Translations under genes and position numbers: made by a program
Assembly (NCBI GenBank): GCA_014729505.1
Contig: WJJS01000015.1
Location: 35,300 to 99,299 of the forward strand
Direction: 5' to 3'
DNA length: 64,000 bases
Source of the DNA: Candidatus Woesearchaeota archaeon
Lineage (GTDB): Archaea > Nanobdellota > Nanobdellia > Woesearchaeales > ARS49
Shown here: piece after piece, positions 18,318-28,273 of the stretch
Layout: each line of letters begins with the position of its first letter
How positions within the stretch are numbered: position 1 is the first letter of the stretch
The notes under the pieces: generated by a model
Databases searched by the model: none
Told to the model about the DNA's origin: nothing
Seen by the model: only the letters and a program-made list of their open reading frames with translations

Positions 18318-20900
18318 ATGCAGAGCGAGAAAGAAATAAAAAAGATCTTCTACGAGAAGACTGATAAACATCCAGAACAATTCTATCCAGTACACACACT
18401 ACAAAAAAGAGGATTCACACGACACAAATGCACCTCCTGCGCACGCAATTACTGGCGCATACCAGAAGATGTTGAACAACGAGGACACAAAAAAAATACC
18501 TGCGGAGACATACAATGCCATGGAAGCTACTCTTTTGTTGGCAAGAGTCCCGCAACACGACAATTGAATTATGTTGAAGCTCTACAAGAGTATTTACGCA
18601 TCCACGAAAAACTAGGCTATACGCCAGTACAACGCTACCCGGTCGTTGCACGATGGAACCCGACCGTTGACTTTACCATTGCAGGCATAGCCTGCTTTCA
18701 ACCATATGTAGTAAGCGGAGAAGTAGATCCTCCGGCAAACCCCCTGGCCATGCCACAATTCTGCCTGCGCTTTAATGACATTGATAATGTAGGCATCACC
18801 GCAGCACATTACGTTGGATTTATCATGCTCGGTGAACAAACATTCGTACCGCCAAAAGAATATGATGTGAACAAATACATGGACGATCACCTCACCTGGC
18901 TAAACGAAGGACTGGGGCTGGATGACAAGTACCTCACGATCCACGAAGATTTCTGGGCAGGGGGAGGAAACTTTGGACCGAGCATGGAATTCTTCAGCGG
19001 CGGACTGGAACTATCAAACCAAGTCTACATGCAATACGAAATCACACCAGAAGGTTACCAAGAACTCGACATAAAAGTCCTCGACATGGGACAGGGACAT
19101 GAACGCATCCCCTGGTTTACACAAGGACTGCCCACAAGCTATGAAAGCACATTCCCGCCAGTAATGAAGAAACTGCGAGAACTCACAAAGATTCCCTTTG
19201 ACAACGACTTTATGACGAGATTTGCGCCGCTTGCAGGACAACTCAACACCGGAGAAGTCGATAATCTCGACGAAGCATGGAAGCGCATAGCACAAGAACT
19301 ACAGCTGACAGTTACTGACGTCAAAGCAAAAGTGTTACCAAACGCAGCACTGTACTCTGTAGCAGAGCACGCGCGAGCATTACTCTTTGCCCTTGCCGAC
19401 GGCGCATTACCCTCAAACACAGGAGGATATTACAATCTGCGCGTTATTCTCCGACGAGCATTAGGATTTATAGAACAGTATAGCTGGCAGTTCGACCTCT
19501 GCGACGTCTGCACATGGCACGCCGAGTACCTCAAACCACTCTTTCCAGATCTGCTAGAACAACTACCAAACGTGCAAAAAATCATCGAAGTAGAAAAACT
19601 CAAATATTACAGTACGCGAGAAAAAACAAAAGAACTCATCGCACAGCTCGTCACAAAACAAGTAACAACCGATGAACTAATAGAACTATACGACAGCAAA
19701 GGAATAAGTCCAGAAGAACTATCACGAGTAGCAAAGGAACAAGGAATAGAGATAACTGTTCCGGACAATTTCTATTCGCTTGTAGCAGCACGCCACGAAC
19801 AACACACCGCCATGCAAACAGTAAGAGAGGAAGAAATTCCTGTTGGAGATGTCCCAGCAACACAGGCACTCTATTTTGATGATTGGAAGAAAACAGAATT
19901 TGTCGCTCGGGTACTGGCAATTGTTGATCATTATGTGGTTCTTGATCAAACCGCATTTTATCCTGTCTCAGGGGGACAAGCAGCTGATAAAGGAATGCTC
20001 ATAGCGAATACAAAAAAAGGCGCCATTACTGCAAAAGTCAAAGACGTTATCAAACAGGGAAACCTTATCATTCACAAAATAGACACGGCGCTTCCGGTTG
20101 GAGGAGAAGTCAAAGGAACCATTGATTTTGAAAGACGAAAACAGTTAACACAACATCACACGACAACACACATCATTAACGCAGCAGCAAGACGAGTACT
20201 TGGAGATCACATCAATCAGGCAAGCGCGAGAAAAGATGTCGATCGAGCACACATAGATCTAACTCATTATCAAGGCGTCACTGAAGAAGAACTGCAACAG
20301 ATAGAAAACGAAGCAAACAAAATAGTTGCAGCAACAATCCCTATTCACAAAAGTTTTGTACCAAGAACGGAAGCAGAACAACGCTACGGTGTTCGCATCT
20401 ATCAAGGAGGCGTTGCTCCTGGAAAACTATTGCGCATAGTAAACATTGAAGGAGTGGATGTTGAAGCCTGTGGAGGAACACATCTCGATAATACCAAAGA
20501 GGCAGAACAGATAAAAATCATCAGCACAACAAAAGTCAAGGACGGCGTTATACGGCTCACGTTTTGTGCAGGAAAAGCAGCGAAACAAAAAGAAACACAG
20601 GAACACTCGCTCTTAATTGACATAGCAGCACTTCTTGAGGTAACGCCTGCACAAGTACCCGGCCGTGCAGAAGAACTGTTTACCAAATGGAAAAAAGCAC
20701 GAAAAGCAGTGAACAAAGACAAAAACATAGATCTCGCACAACTAGAACTGCAGTCAACACGAGAGGATACGGGAGACCTTCTTACACAAACCGCAGATCT
20801 TCTTAACACTCAACCAGAGCATGTACTCAACGTACTGCAACGATTTCTGCGAGAATTAGACGACTATAAACGAACACTATCATTACGAGACAAAGAGTGA
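18318..20900 (+). CDS. alaS: alanyl-tRNA synthetase (archaeal type)
   Basis: Archaeal AlaRS N-terminal catalytic domain; editing domain HxxxH (HTTTHIINAAA) and CGGTH motif; 860 aa. Confidence 0.9.
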   Translation: MQSEKEIKKIFYEKTDKHPEQFYPVHTLQKRGFTRHKCTSCARNYWRIPEDVEQRGHKKNTCGDIQCHGSYSFVGKSPATRQLNYVEALQEYLRIHEKLGYTPVQRYPVVARWNPTVDFTIAGIACFQPYVVSGEVDPPANPLAMPQFCLRFNDIDNVGITAAHYVGFIMLGEQTFVPPKEYDVNKYMDDHLTWLNEGLGLDDKYLTIHEDFWAGGGNFGPSMEFFSGGLELSNQVYMQYEITPEGYQELDIKVLDMGQGHERIPWFTQGLPTSYESTFPPVMKKLRELTKIPFDNDFMTRFAPLAGQLNTGEVDNLDEAWKRIAQELQLTVTDVKAKVLPNAALYSVAEHARALLFALADGALPSNTGGYYNLRVILRRALGFIEQYSWQFDLCDVCTWHAEYLKPLFPDLLEQLPNVQKIIEVEKLKYYSTREKTKELIAQLVTKQVTTDELIELYDSKGISPEELSRVAKEQGIEITVPDNFYSLVAARHEQHTAMQTVREEEIPVGDVPATQALYFDDWKKTEFVARVLAIVDHYVVLDQTAFYPVSGGQAADKGMLIANTKKGAITAKVKDVIKQGNLIIHKIDTALPVGGEVKGTIDFERRKQLTQHHTTTHIINAAARRVLGDHINQASARKDVDRAHIDLTHYQGVTEEELQQIENEANKIVAATIPIHKSFVPRTEAEQRYGVRIYQGGVAPGKLLRIVNIEGVDVEACGGTHLDNTKEAEQIKIISTTKVKDGVIRLTFCAGKAAKQKETQEHSLLIDIAALLEVTPAQVPGRAEELFTKWKKARKAVNKDKNIDLAQLELQSTREDTGDLLTQTADLLNTQPEHVLNVLQRFLRELDDYKRTLSLRDKE

Positions 20901-21038
20901 AAGCTTTTGCGAAGAACTCCAAGATATGCGATAATCTATTCACAGCCCCAATGCCAACCCCTATTTGTATATAGTCACTAACCTTTATATAGATGGACTT
21001 ATTTGAAGAGCATAGGATAAACTAAAAGAGGGTAGTGC

Positions 21039-22277
21039 ATGAGAGTATTGATGCTAGGGTGGGAGTTTCCGCCCTACAAAAGCGGCGGTCTGGGAACTGC
21101 GTGCTATGACTTAACAAAAGGTCTGTCAAACCAAGATGTACAAGTCACGTTTGTCATGCCAAAAACGCCAGAAGGTGCAAACGCAGAATTCGTCAAATTG
21201 GTAGGAGCTAACCAACTCACCGGAGATATTACGATCAATTTCTTTTCCACACTCTTACAACCGTACATGACACCAGAACAATACGACGCGGAATATACGT
21301 ATCACACTTCCAAGCAACCAAGTGACAAAGAATTGTACGGCGCAAACATGTACGCAGAAATAGAACGCTACAAAGCAGCCATCTGCAACATAATAAAAAC
21401 AGAACCTTTTGATATTATACATGCACATGATTGGATGACCTACGAAGCAGGAGTACTAGCCAAAGAACTATCAGGAAAACCACTCGTTATCCACCTGCAC
21501 GCCACAGAAGGTGATCGCACAGCAGGACACCCTAACACCTGGATTGCAGAAAAAGAAGCATACGGTTTTACACAAGCAGATCGTATTATCGCAAACAGTA
21601 ATTGGACAAAATCAAACATTATGAAAGAATATTCGGTTAACGCAGAAAAAATAAACGTCGTACACTGGGGGATACGACAAGACAATCCAGCGTACCGCCT
21701 TCGATTTCGCTCAGCACTAAACAAAAAAGACAAAATAGTACTCTCACTTGGACGCATTACCATACAAAAAGGCATAGACTATCTCGTACGCGCAGCAGCA
21801 CATGTAGTCAAACACGTGCCAAACGTCAAGTTTGTCATCGTCGGAAAAGGAGACAAACTCGGAGAAATCATAGGATTAGTCTCAGATCTTGGACTCTCAG
21901 ACAAATTCATCTTTCCAGGATGGCTCAAAGGAGCAGAAGTACATCAAGCATTTCAAATGGCAGACGTATTTGTCATGCCATCAGTCTCAGAACCATTTGG
22001 ACTTGTCGCTCTAGAAAGTCTCAAGAATAACACACCAATAATCATCAGCAAACAAAGCGGCGCCTCAGAAGTGGTACAAAATGCTCTTAAGGTCGATTTT
22101 TGGGACGTACACGCACTCGCAGACAAACTCGTCGGCGTACTCAAGTATCCCCAACTCCATGAAATACTTCAAAAACGAAGTTATCTTGAAGCATTCTCCT
22201 TTGATCTGGACACACCAGCAAAAAAATGCATTGAAATCTATGAATCAGTACTCGCAAAAAGGGAGGCGAAACTATGA
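21039..22277 (+). CDS. glgA: glycogen synthase-like glycosyltransferase (GT-B fold, GlgA-type)
   Basis: N-terminus MRVLMLGWEFPPYKSGGLGTACYDL typical of archaeal/bacterial glycogen/starch synthases; C-terminal GT1 region. Confidence 0.8.
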   Translation: MRVLMLGWEFPPYKSGGLGTACYDLTKGLSNQDVQVTFVMPKTPEGANAEFVKLVGANQLTGDITINFFSTLLQPYMTPEQYDAEYTYHTSKQPSDKELYGANMYAEIERYKAAICNIIKTEPFDIIHAHDWMTYEAGVLAKELSGKPLVIHLHATEGDRTAGHPNTWIAEKEAYGFTQADRIIANSNWTKSNIMKEYSVNAEKINVVHWGIRQDNPAYRLRFRSALNKKDKIVLSLGRITIQKGIDYLVRAAAHVVKHVPNVKFVIVGKGDKLGEIIGLVSDLGLSDKFIFPGWLKGAEVHQAFQMADVFVMPSVSEPFGLVALESLKNNTPIIISKQSGASEVVQNALKVDFWDVHALADKLVGVLKYPQLHEILQKRSYLEAFSFDLDTPAKKCIEIYESVLAKREAKL

Positions 22278-23476
22278 GAACATTATGCTGGTACTTCCAA
22301 GTGCACCAACCCTTTCGCCTGCGACACTATTCGCTCTTTGATATTGGGAATTCCCAAGATTATTTTGATGAACACAAGAATAGAGAAGTCATGAAAAAAG
22401 TCGCACAAAAATGCTATCTTCCAATGAACGCATTGCTGCTCAAACTTATACAACGACACGGTGACGCGTTTAACGTTTCCTTTAGCATCAGCGGCACAGC
22501 ACTCGACCAATTTGAACAATACGCTCCTGAAGTACTTGAAAGTTTCAAACAACTGGTTGCAACAGGCAATGTTGAACTGCTCTCAGAAACATACTATCAC
22601 TCGCTCTCATTTCTCTACGATAAAAAAGAATTCGACGAACAAGTAATAAAACACCGGACACGAATAAAAGAACTCTTCGACTATGAACCGACAGTGTTTC
22701 GCAACACAGAACTCATCTATAGTAACGAAGTAGCACAGCACGCCGCAGCAATGGGTTACAAAGCAATACTGGCGGAAGGAGCAGATCATGCACTGAACGG
22801 AAAAAGCCCAAATTATGTATACACTCCACAAGGAGCAGACATAAAACTCCTACTCAAAAATTATCAATTTAGCGATGATATAGCATTTCGATTCTCAAAC
22901 AAAGGATGGAAAGAACACCCGCTCACCGTCGAGAAATTCGCGGGGTGGCTTGATGCAGTCATGGGAGATTCAGTCAATCTCTTCATGGACTACGAAACAT
23001 TTGGCGAGCACCAATGGGAAGATACGGGCATCTTCAAGTTTATGGAGGCACTACCCTCAACGCTTCTACCACTGGGAACCCGGTTTATCACGCCCAACGA
23101 GCTAGCCACGACGCCACCCCGTGAAACACTCGATATCCCTTTTACCATGAGCTGGGCTGATGTCGAAAGAGATCTCTCAGCATGGTTGGGTAACAAAATG
23201 CAGCTTGATGCCATAGAACGATTATACGCACTCAAAGCAGGAGTGTTTAAGACCGGCAATCCTGCGTTGATCGAGACATGGCGAAAGCTTACAACGAGCG
23301 ATCATTTCTATTATATGTGTGTAAAATGGTTCTCTGATGGAGATGTCCATAAATATTTCAATCCCTACGACAGTCCATACGACGGATTTATCATTTTCAT
23401 GAATGTTCTCAATGACTTAGCCCTGCGTGTAGAGAACGCACAAGAAAAAACATGGCTTACGATAGGAGGTGACTAA
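22274..23476 (+). CDS. glycoside hydrolase family 57 (alpha-amylase / alpha-glucanotransferase-like)
   Basis: GH57 N-terminal signature WYFQVHQP; D-x-E-x-FG region (FMDYETFGEHQWE); ATGA overlap with glgA. Confidence 0.75.
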   Translation: MRTLCWYFQVHQPFRLRHYSLFDIGNSQDYFDEHKNREVMKKVAQKCYLPMNALLLKLIQRHGDAFNVSFSISGTALDQFEQYAPEVLESFKQLVATGNVELLSETYYHSLSFLYDKKEFDEQVIKHRTRIKELFDYEPTVFRNTELIYSNEVAQHAAAMGYKAILAEGADHALNGKSPNYVYTPQGADIKLLLKNYQFSDDIAFRFSNKGWKEHPLTVEKFAGWLDAVMGDSVNLFMDYETFGEHQWEDTGIFKFMEALPSTLLPLGTRFITPNELATTPPRETLDIPFTMSWADVERDLSAWLGNKMQLDAIERLYALKAGVFKTGNPALIETWRKLTTSDHFYYMCVKWFSDGDVHKYFNPYDSPYDGFIIFMNVLNDLALRVENAQEKTWLTIGGD

Positions 23477-23938
23477 ATGAGTTTGTTTCCAGAACGCAAA
23501 CTAGCCCGCTGCCCAGGCGGACAAGAATTTTTCGCCTATAACGGCGATCAGTACTCGAGCCTCTACGATCTTGCTCGAGGATTAGAACACATGGATGAGG
23601 GTGCCTTTGCACACCATGTCAACCACGAACGGAATGACTTTCACAATTGGGTGAAAGATGTGATAGGAGATGCCACGCTGGCTCACGGACTCCAGCATTT
23701 GCACACAAGAGAAAGCATGATGCGACGAGTCGTACTGCGCATTCGATTTCTAGAACTCATGAAAGATGCAGAAACCCGCGCACCAGTGACAAAAGTCAAA
23801 AAGAAAGAACCTGGCAAGAAAAGCACTGCAAAGAAAAAAACGGCAAAGAGCACAACAAAAAAACCAAAAAAGAAAACCACTACAAGCAAAGCAACAAAGA
23901 AAACGACAAAAAAAACAACAAAGAAGCGAAGGCGCTAG
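23477..23938 (+). CDS. hypothetical protein with C-terminal Lys-rich (histone H1-like) tail
   Basis: Globular N-terminal ~100 aa followed by a ~50-aa KKTxK-repeat tail; start overlaps the GH57 stop (coupled). Confidence 0.45.
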   Translation: MSLFPERKLARCPGGQEFFAYNGDQYSSLYDLARGLEHMDEGAFAHHVNHERNDFHNWVKDVIGDATLAHGLQHLHTRESMMRRVVLRIRFLELMKDAETRAPVTKVKKKEPGKKSTAKKKTAKSTTKKPKKKTTTSKATKKTTKKTTKKRRR

Positions 23939-24543
23939 AGAATCTTTGCCTTCCCTTCTCCCGCCAAAATTTGTGCGATTTCTGTAGGGATTACTGCAGC
24001 ATCGCCAGGTGAGAAAGGACCAAATTCGTTGAGATCAGTATCGATAAAAGTATCGACATCCTCAAGAAATTCAACTTTAGTACCCTGAGGAGTTTTCACT
24101 TTCTCTTTTGGTTCGCTCGTCCGTTCTTTAGCAGTAAGCAAGTCTTTAAGCGTTGATGAACGATACTGCTCAAGAACGCTCAACAAGGCATCAAAAAAAG
24201 GCTTTTCCCGCTTATGAATATGAGAAGTATCAACAACTGCGCTTTGAGTACGCACCATATTAACAGCCATATCAATAATTTTCTTTTCACGACGAGTATA
24301 AATATCTGAAAGAATCGCGCGCACGTTTTCAAGCTGTTTTTCAATTCTCCTCGTTTCCTTTTGAGAAAACACATCATTTTTGTCTTTGCTATCCCTGAGC
24401 ATCTTCTCCTTTTGAGCAAGATAATGTGCTATATCCTCAAAAAAAGCAGGATTGAGACGCTGCAATTCATCCTTATTCTTCTCACTACGCAAGAATTCAT
24501 AAATAGTCTCGTAGGTAATAACTGTGTTCTCCATTTCCCCCAT
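23935..24543 (-). CDS. GINS subunit (Gins51/Gins15-like)
   Basis: N-terminal alpha-helical A-domain (ITYETIYEFLRSEKNKDELQRLNPAFFEDIAHYL) and C-terminal small B-domain (KVEFLEDVDTFIDTDLNEFGPFSPGDAAVIPTEIAQILAGEG) match the archaeal Gins51 pattern. Confidence 0.5.
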   Translation of the reverse strand: MGEMENTVITYETIYEFLRSEKNKDELQRLNPAFFEDIAHYLAQKEKMLRDSKDKNDVFSQKETRRIEKQLENVRAILSDIYTRREKKIIDMAVNMVRTQSAVVDTSHIHKREKPFFDALLSVLEQYRSSTLKDLLTAKERTSEPKEKVKTPQGTKVEFLEDVDTFIDTDLNEFGPFSPGDAAVIPTEIAQILAGEGKAKIL

Positions 24544-24582
24544 AGCTTTTGAACGCGCGAGATATTTAAAGCTTGCGCGACT

Positions 24583-25221
24583 CTAAAACAGTTGTCGCAA
24601 CACATCAGTCGTATACATAACAATGGCTCGCGCCTGCTGCTCACTGGGTTGAAAGACAGCTTTTTTCTTATGCACCGCATGAATGCGCACCTGATTTATC
24701 AAATGAATCTGATTGGTAAGAGCAGGATCAAGCTCAACACCCTCTGCGACAAGTTTGGCAATCACATTACCAAGTCCAATACCCGGTGCTTTTTCCAACA
24801 AGTCCTTTCCTGTAGTTTCAAAATATTTACGATGCAGGGCAGTTTCAAGAATGCGAGCACATAAGATGATGGCAGAGCGAAAACAACTCGCGTCCAAACA
24901 ACGATTCAACTCCGCAAAATCTGCGTGCACTTCATCACGAATCTCGTAAGGTAAGGGTGGAAGACCTGCCTGTGCCGGCATCTCGATTGTTTCAAGAGAT
25001 TCCAAAACCACCTGTGGATCAGTCTTATCAAGCAACGACGAATACTCTGGAAGTTTCTCGCTTAAGCGTTTCAATCCCGCACGAATACGTCGAACAGTAG
25101 CAGCACGCTTCACCTTCACAAAATCATTAACCGGAGCCCTTCTTTCAACAAGATCACCTTCATCGGCAATGACACTAGAAAGATCGTCACGCAACTGCAT
25201 TACGAGTTTTCTTATGTCCAT
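24583..25221 (-). CDS. hypothetical protein, possible HEPN-like C-terminal domain
   Basis: C-terminal helical region with an Rx4H motif (RIHAVH) and a DUF4145-like pattern; tentative. Confidence 0.3.
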   Translation of the reverse strand: MDIRKLVMQLRDDLSSVIADEGDLVERRAPVNDFVKVKRAATVRRIRAGLKRLSEKLPEYSSLLDKTDPQVVLESLETIEMPAQAGLPPLPYEIRDEVHADFAELNRCLDASCFRSAIILCARILETALHRKYFETTGKDLLEKAPGIGLGNVIAKLVAEGVELDPALTNQIHLINQVRIHAVHKKKAVFQPSEQQARAIVMYTTDVLRQLF

Positions 25222-26402
25222 TGTGATAACCTGCTTTGTGGGGTTCCTAACAATTTACTTCTCTTGAAAAGACTTTCGATCTGCACGCCGAATTTTTTTC
25301 GAACAATATTTTGCACAAATTCTTGGGCAAGCGTGGACGTACTAAACACTACCGGTTTGTTTGACAAGGCCTGACGAGCAGCTTCTCTGGTCACCCAGAC
25401 ACCAAGAGGAGTAGTGTATTCATCAGTAATCATGCGAAGAACAAACACAGAAGCTTGACGACGAATCTTATGAAAATACTGTGCGAGCGCAAGACGAACA
25501 GAATAATACCCTCCAGCACACTGTTTGGCATAACCCTTTCGGCCAAAATGAGACTCGTAATCCGTCGAGTATTGCAAGCAGTCATTTTTACATCCGGGTA
25601 CGTACACCTCGAATAATTCGTACGAGAAAGGAAGAGGTGAGAAAATAAAAAAATAGTAATTTCCCATGTACTTGCCGATACATACCTGACACTCCGTGGT
25701 AGAAAAAGTTTTAATCTCTTCTAGCAACGGTTTTGCAAGAGTATCGTCTGTAGCAGTAATACTCCACCTCGTCGGGACAAGCTTACGATTTGCTTTAACA
25801 CCAAGAACACCAACACTCAAAATACGCGACAAATAATGCTCATCAAAACCCGCTCTACTCAAGTACTGCATAGAAGACGCAGCAGGACGATCAGAGTCAG
25901 AGACTACTTTATCAACTTTAGTGTGTGTTGAAGGATTTGACATCAGAATCGCTTTAGACACTGCGCCTTGAGGACCAAAAGGAGCGGCCGCCTGATTAAA
26001 AGTGAGAGCAGGAGCAGGAGCCTTTTTTAACGTGACCTCGACATCAACCGGTCTGCGAGCAAGAGCGATATCCTGAACGCGCTCCACTTGTCGAGAAGAA
26101 GAAGTAATGTGCGAGATTGCGCGAGCGTTTACCAGACTCCTGCGCAGACCAACCACGTCGGGAATAGCAAATTTTTGACGAACCCACGACGTAGGATCGT
26201 CATACACCCTTGTATTTTTCTTCTCAGGAACAGTCAGCATACCAACATTAACATGGGGATAACCATAATGACCAATAAAAGGAGCAGGACTTTCTGCCAC
26301 ATATTCTGCCTTCGGTTTCACTTTCGCGACTGCAGACATAGCTCTTAGAAACAAAGGACAAGAAGTATGTTCATGAGAGCCCTTACAGTACACACAATGC
26401 AT
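25212..26402 (-). CDS. Nre-like putative DNA-repair protein with C-terminal PIP-like motif
   Basis: N-terminal Cys/His cluster (MHCVYCKGSHEHTSC); about 400 aa; C-terminal QSRLSQWT resembles a PCNA-interacting box; start chosen at the internal Met (the ORF track extends to 26543). Confidence 0.35.
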   Translation of the reverse strand: MHCVYCKGSHEHTSCPLFLRAMSAVAKVKPKAEYVAESPAPFIGHYGYPHVNVGMLTVPEKKNTRVYDDPTSWVRQKFAIPDVVGLRRSLVNARAISHITSSSRQVERVQDIALARRPVDVEVTLKKAPAPALTFNQAAAPFGPQGAVSKAILMSNPSTHTKVDKVVSDSDRPAASSMQYLSRAGFDEHYLSRILSVGVLGVKANRKLVPTRWSITATDDTLAKPLLEEIKTFSTTECQVCIGKYMGNYYFFIFSPLPFSYELFEVYVPGCKNDCLQYSTDYESHFGRKGYAKQCAGGYYSVRLALAQYFHKIRRQASVFVLRMITDEYTTPLGVWVTREAARQALSNKPVVFSTSTLAQEFVQNIVRKKFGVQIESLFKRSKLLGTPQSRLSQWT

Positions 26403-26436
26403 ACGTGAAGTTTCGCATAAGGATATAAAAGCATTT

Positions 26437-26724
26437 ATGTCCGCAAGACTTAAAAGCAAACGAGAAGAAATTTCCTCCATGTATCGACTAGAACACTGCA
26501 CCACAAAAGCCGCGTTTAAAGCAGAACCAACGCAAAAGACCACACTAGATCTTGAAACACTGCGCCATAGCTACACCGTACTGCTTGATGCAGGACTGGT
26601 CATTGTACTGCGCATCAACAATACAGAAGTCATCACCCATTCATACGGCGAACTGCTCATCAAAACGGACGACAAAAACAAGGCAGAACACATTGCACAA
26701 ACAGTGTATACTCATAAAACATGA
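26437..26724 (+). CDS. hypothetical small protein upstream of the thiI-like gene
   Basis: 95 aa; ATGA overlap with the next gene. Confidence 0.25.
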   Translation: MSARLKSKREEISSMYRLEHCTTKAAFKAEPTQKTTLDLETLRHSYTVLLDAGLVIVLRINNTEVITHSYGELLIKTDDKNKAEHIAQTVYTHKT

Positions 26725-27344
26725 AAGCAATACTCTTACTCTCAGGAGGATTTGACAGCATCGTCGCATACGATATGCTGAAAAAATATTACGAGATAGA
26801 CGCGATACATTTCCACTACGCCCCCATTACGGACAAAAAAAGTACAGAAAAAGCACTCGCTCTTGCAAAGCACATCGGATTGTCAAGAGTACACGTTTGC
26901 GCCATCGCACCCGTAGAAGCAGAAATACTCAAGCATTGCGACAAAAAACACTTCTTTGTGCTCTCAAAACGAAGCATGATGCGCATTGCCGCACTCCTCG
27001 CAAAAGAATTGGGAGCAGAAGCACTGATAACAGGAGAAAGTCTGGGCCAAGTCGCAAGTCAAACACTACAACATCTTGCCATTATCGCAGATGCAGTACC
27101 GCTTCCAGTACTGCGACCATTGCTAACATGGAACAAGGAAGAAATCATTCAACACTCCCGACGAATAGGAACATACGATATTGCCAAAGGACCAGAAATG
27201 TGCAATATCCTCGGACCAAAACATCCCGCCACCAATGCAACACTGCGCGCCATACAACAACAGGAAAGAAATTTCGACAAAGAACAATTGGCACAAACGA
27301 GTTATCAGGAACGAGAACTCATTCTTCTACATCCTCCATTATAA
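26721..27344 (+). CDS. ThiI-like PP-loop ATP pyrophosphatase (stand-alone adenylation domain)
   Basis: PP-loop SGGFDS and the ThiI-type motif ITGESLGQVASQTL; no THUMP domain in this ORF. Confidence 0.65.
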   Translation: MKAILLLSGGFDSIVAYDMLKKYYEIDAIHFHYAPITDKKSTEKALALAKHIGLSRVHVCAIAPVEAEILKHCDKKHFFVLSKRSMMRIAALLAKELGAEALITGESLGQVASQTLQHLAIIADAVPLPVLRPLLTWNKEEIIQHSRRIGTYDIAKGPEMCNILGPKHPATNATLRAIQQQERNFDKEQLAQTSYQERELILLHPPL

Positions 27345-27786
27345 TACGTAACGAATGATCCTTACCACTACATTTCTTAAGGATTCTAAACGTATCAGTA
27401 TCCTCATCCTCTGACTGTTGCAACATTCTGTTTGTATACTCATCAGGATAACCAAACGCGTCATAGAGTTCACAATGATGCAAACCAAGAGCTCGCTCAA
27501 GAAGAGCCAAATGCTCTCTTGTTGGAGCCCTGCGACCACGCTCGTAGGACACCACATCGTAAAGAGTCAGACCAACTGAAGGATCAATCGTGCGGGCAAA
27601 TTCAACCAAATCACCAGGACCCATAGGACAACGCTGTCCGGCCCTAATCTTGATACGGCCCTCCTCAGTATACAAACTACGCGGAAAACGAGAAACAACA
27701 GAAAGACTTTTGCGATACTCTTGGATAAGGCGTCCTGCTTTACAATAATCAACGTCTTCTCTGACAGGACCTGCTATTGGATGCAT
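27319..27786 (-). CDS. XRE-family HTH protein
   Basis: Central helix-turn-helix (LTLYDVVSYERGRRAPTREHLALLERALGL). Confidence 0.4.
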   Translation of the reverse strand: MHPIAGPVREDVDYCKAGRLIQEYRKSLSVVSRFPRSLYTEEGRIKIRAGQRCPMGPGDLVEFARTIDPSVGLTLYDVVSYERGRRAPTREHLALLERALGLHHCELYDAFGYPDEYTNRMLQQSEDEDTDTFRILKKCSGKDHSLRIIMEDVEE

Positions 27787-27889
27787 ACCGCAGAATCGAC
27801 CCGTATCGCTTTAAAAGCTTTCTCCCACGATAAAAACGACACGAAAAGAGGACAAAACCTTTATAAAGGGGCGAGATCCTCGCACACGT

Positions 27890-28273
27890 ATGGGAGTTAA
27901 TCACCGAGCACGACAAGGACGTAAACCGTCAGGCGGACGCTATATATCCCGGCGCAGCAAGCGAGTCTTTGAACAAGGACGATTGCCAAGCGCCTCAACA
28001 GTAAGCGAAAACAATAAAGTAACAATGCTGCGCACAAGAGGCGCAAACAGCAAGGCCCGCGTTACGCGCGTCCATACAGTCAATCTCTTTGATACAACAG
28101 AAAAAAAGCACGTCAAAGCAACCGTAAACAAAGTCCTTGAAAACGCTGCAAACCGTCACTTCGTACGACAAAACATTATTACGCAAGGAGCGGTTATAGA
28201 AACTGATAAAGGAAAAGCCCGCGTTACGAGCAGACCAGGACAAGACGGCACGGTAAACGCTATACTTCTTTAA
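27890..28273 (+). CDS. rps8e: 30S ribosomal protein S8e
   Basis: RKPSGGR N-terminal signature and S8e length (127 aa). Confidence 0.85.
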   Translation: MGVNHRARQGRKPSGGRYISRRSKRVFEQGRLPSASTVSENNKVTMLRTRGANSKARVTRVHTVNLFDTTEKKHVKATVNKVLENAANRHFVRQNIITQGAVIETDKGKARVTSRPGQDGTVNAILL

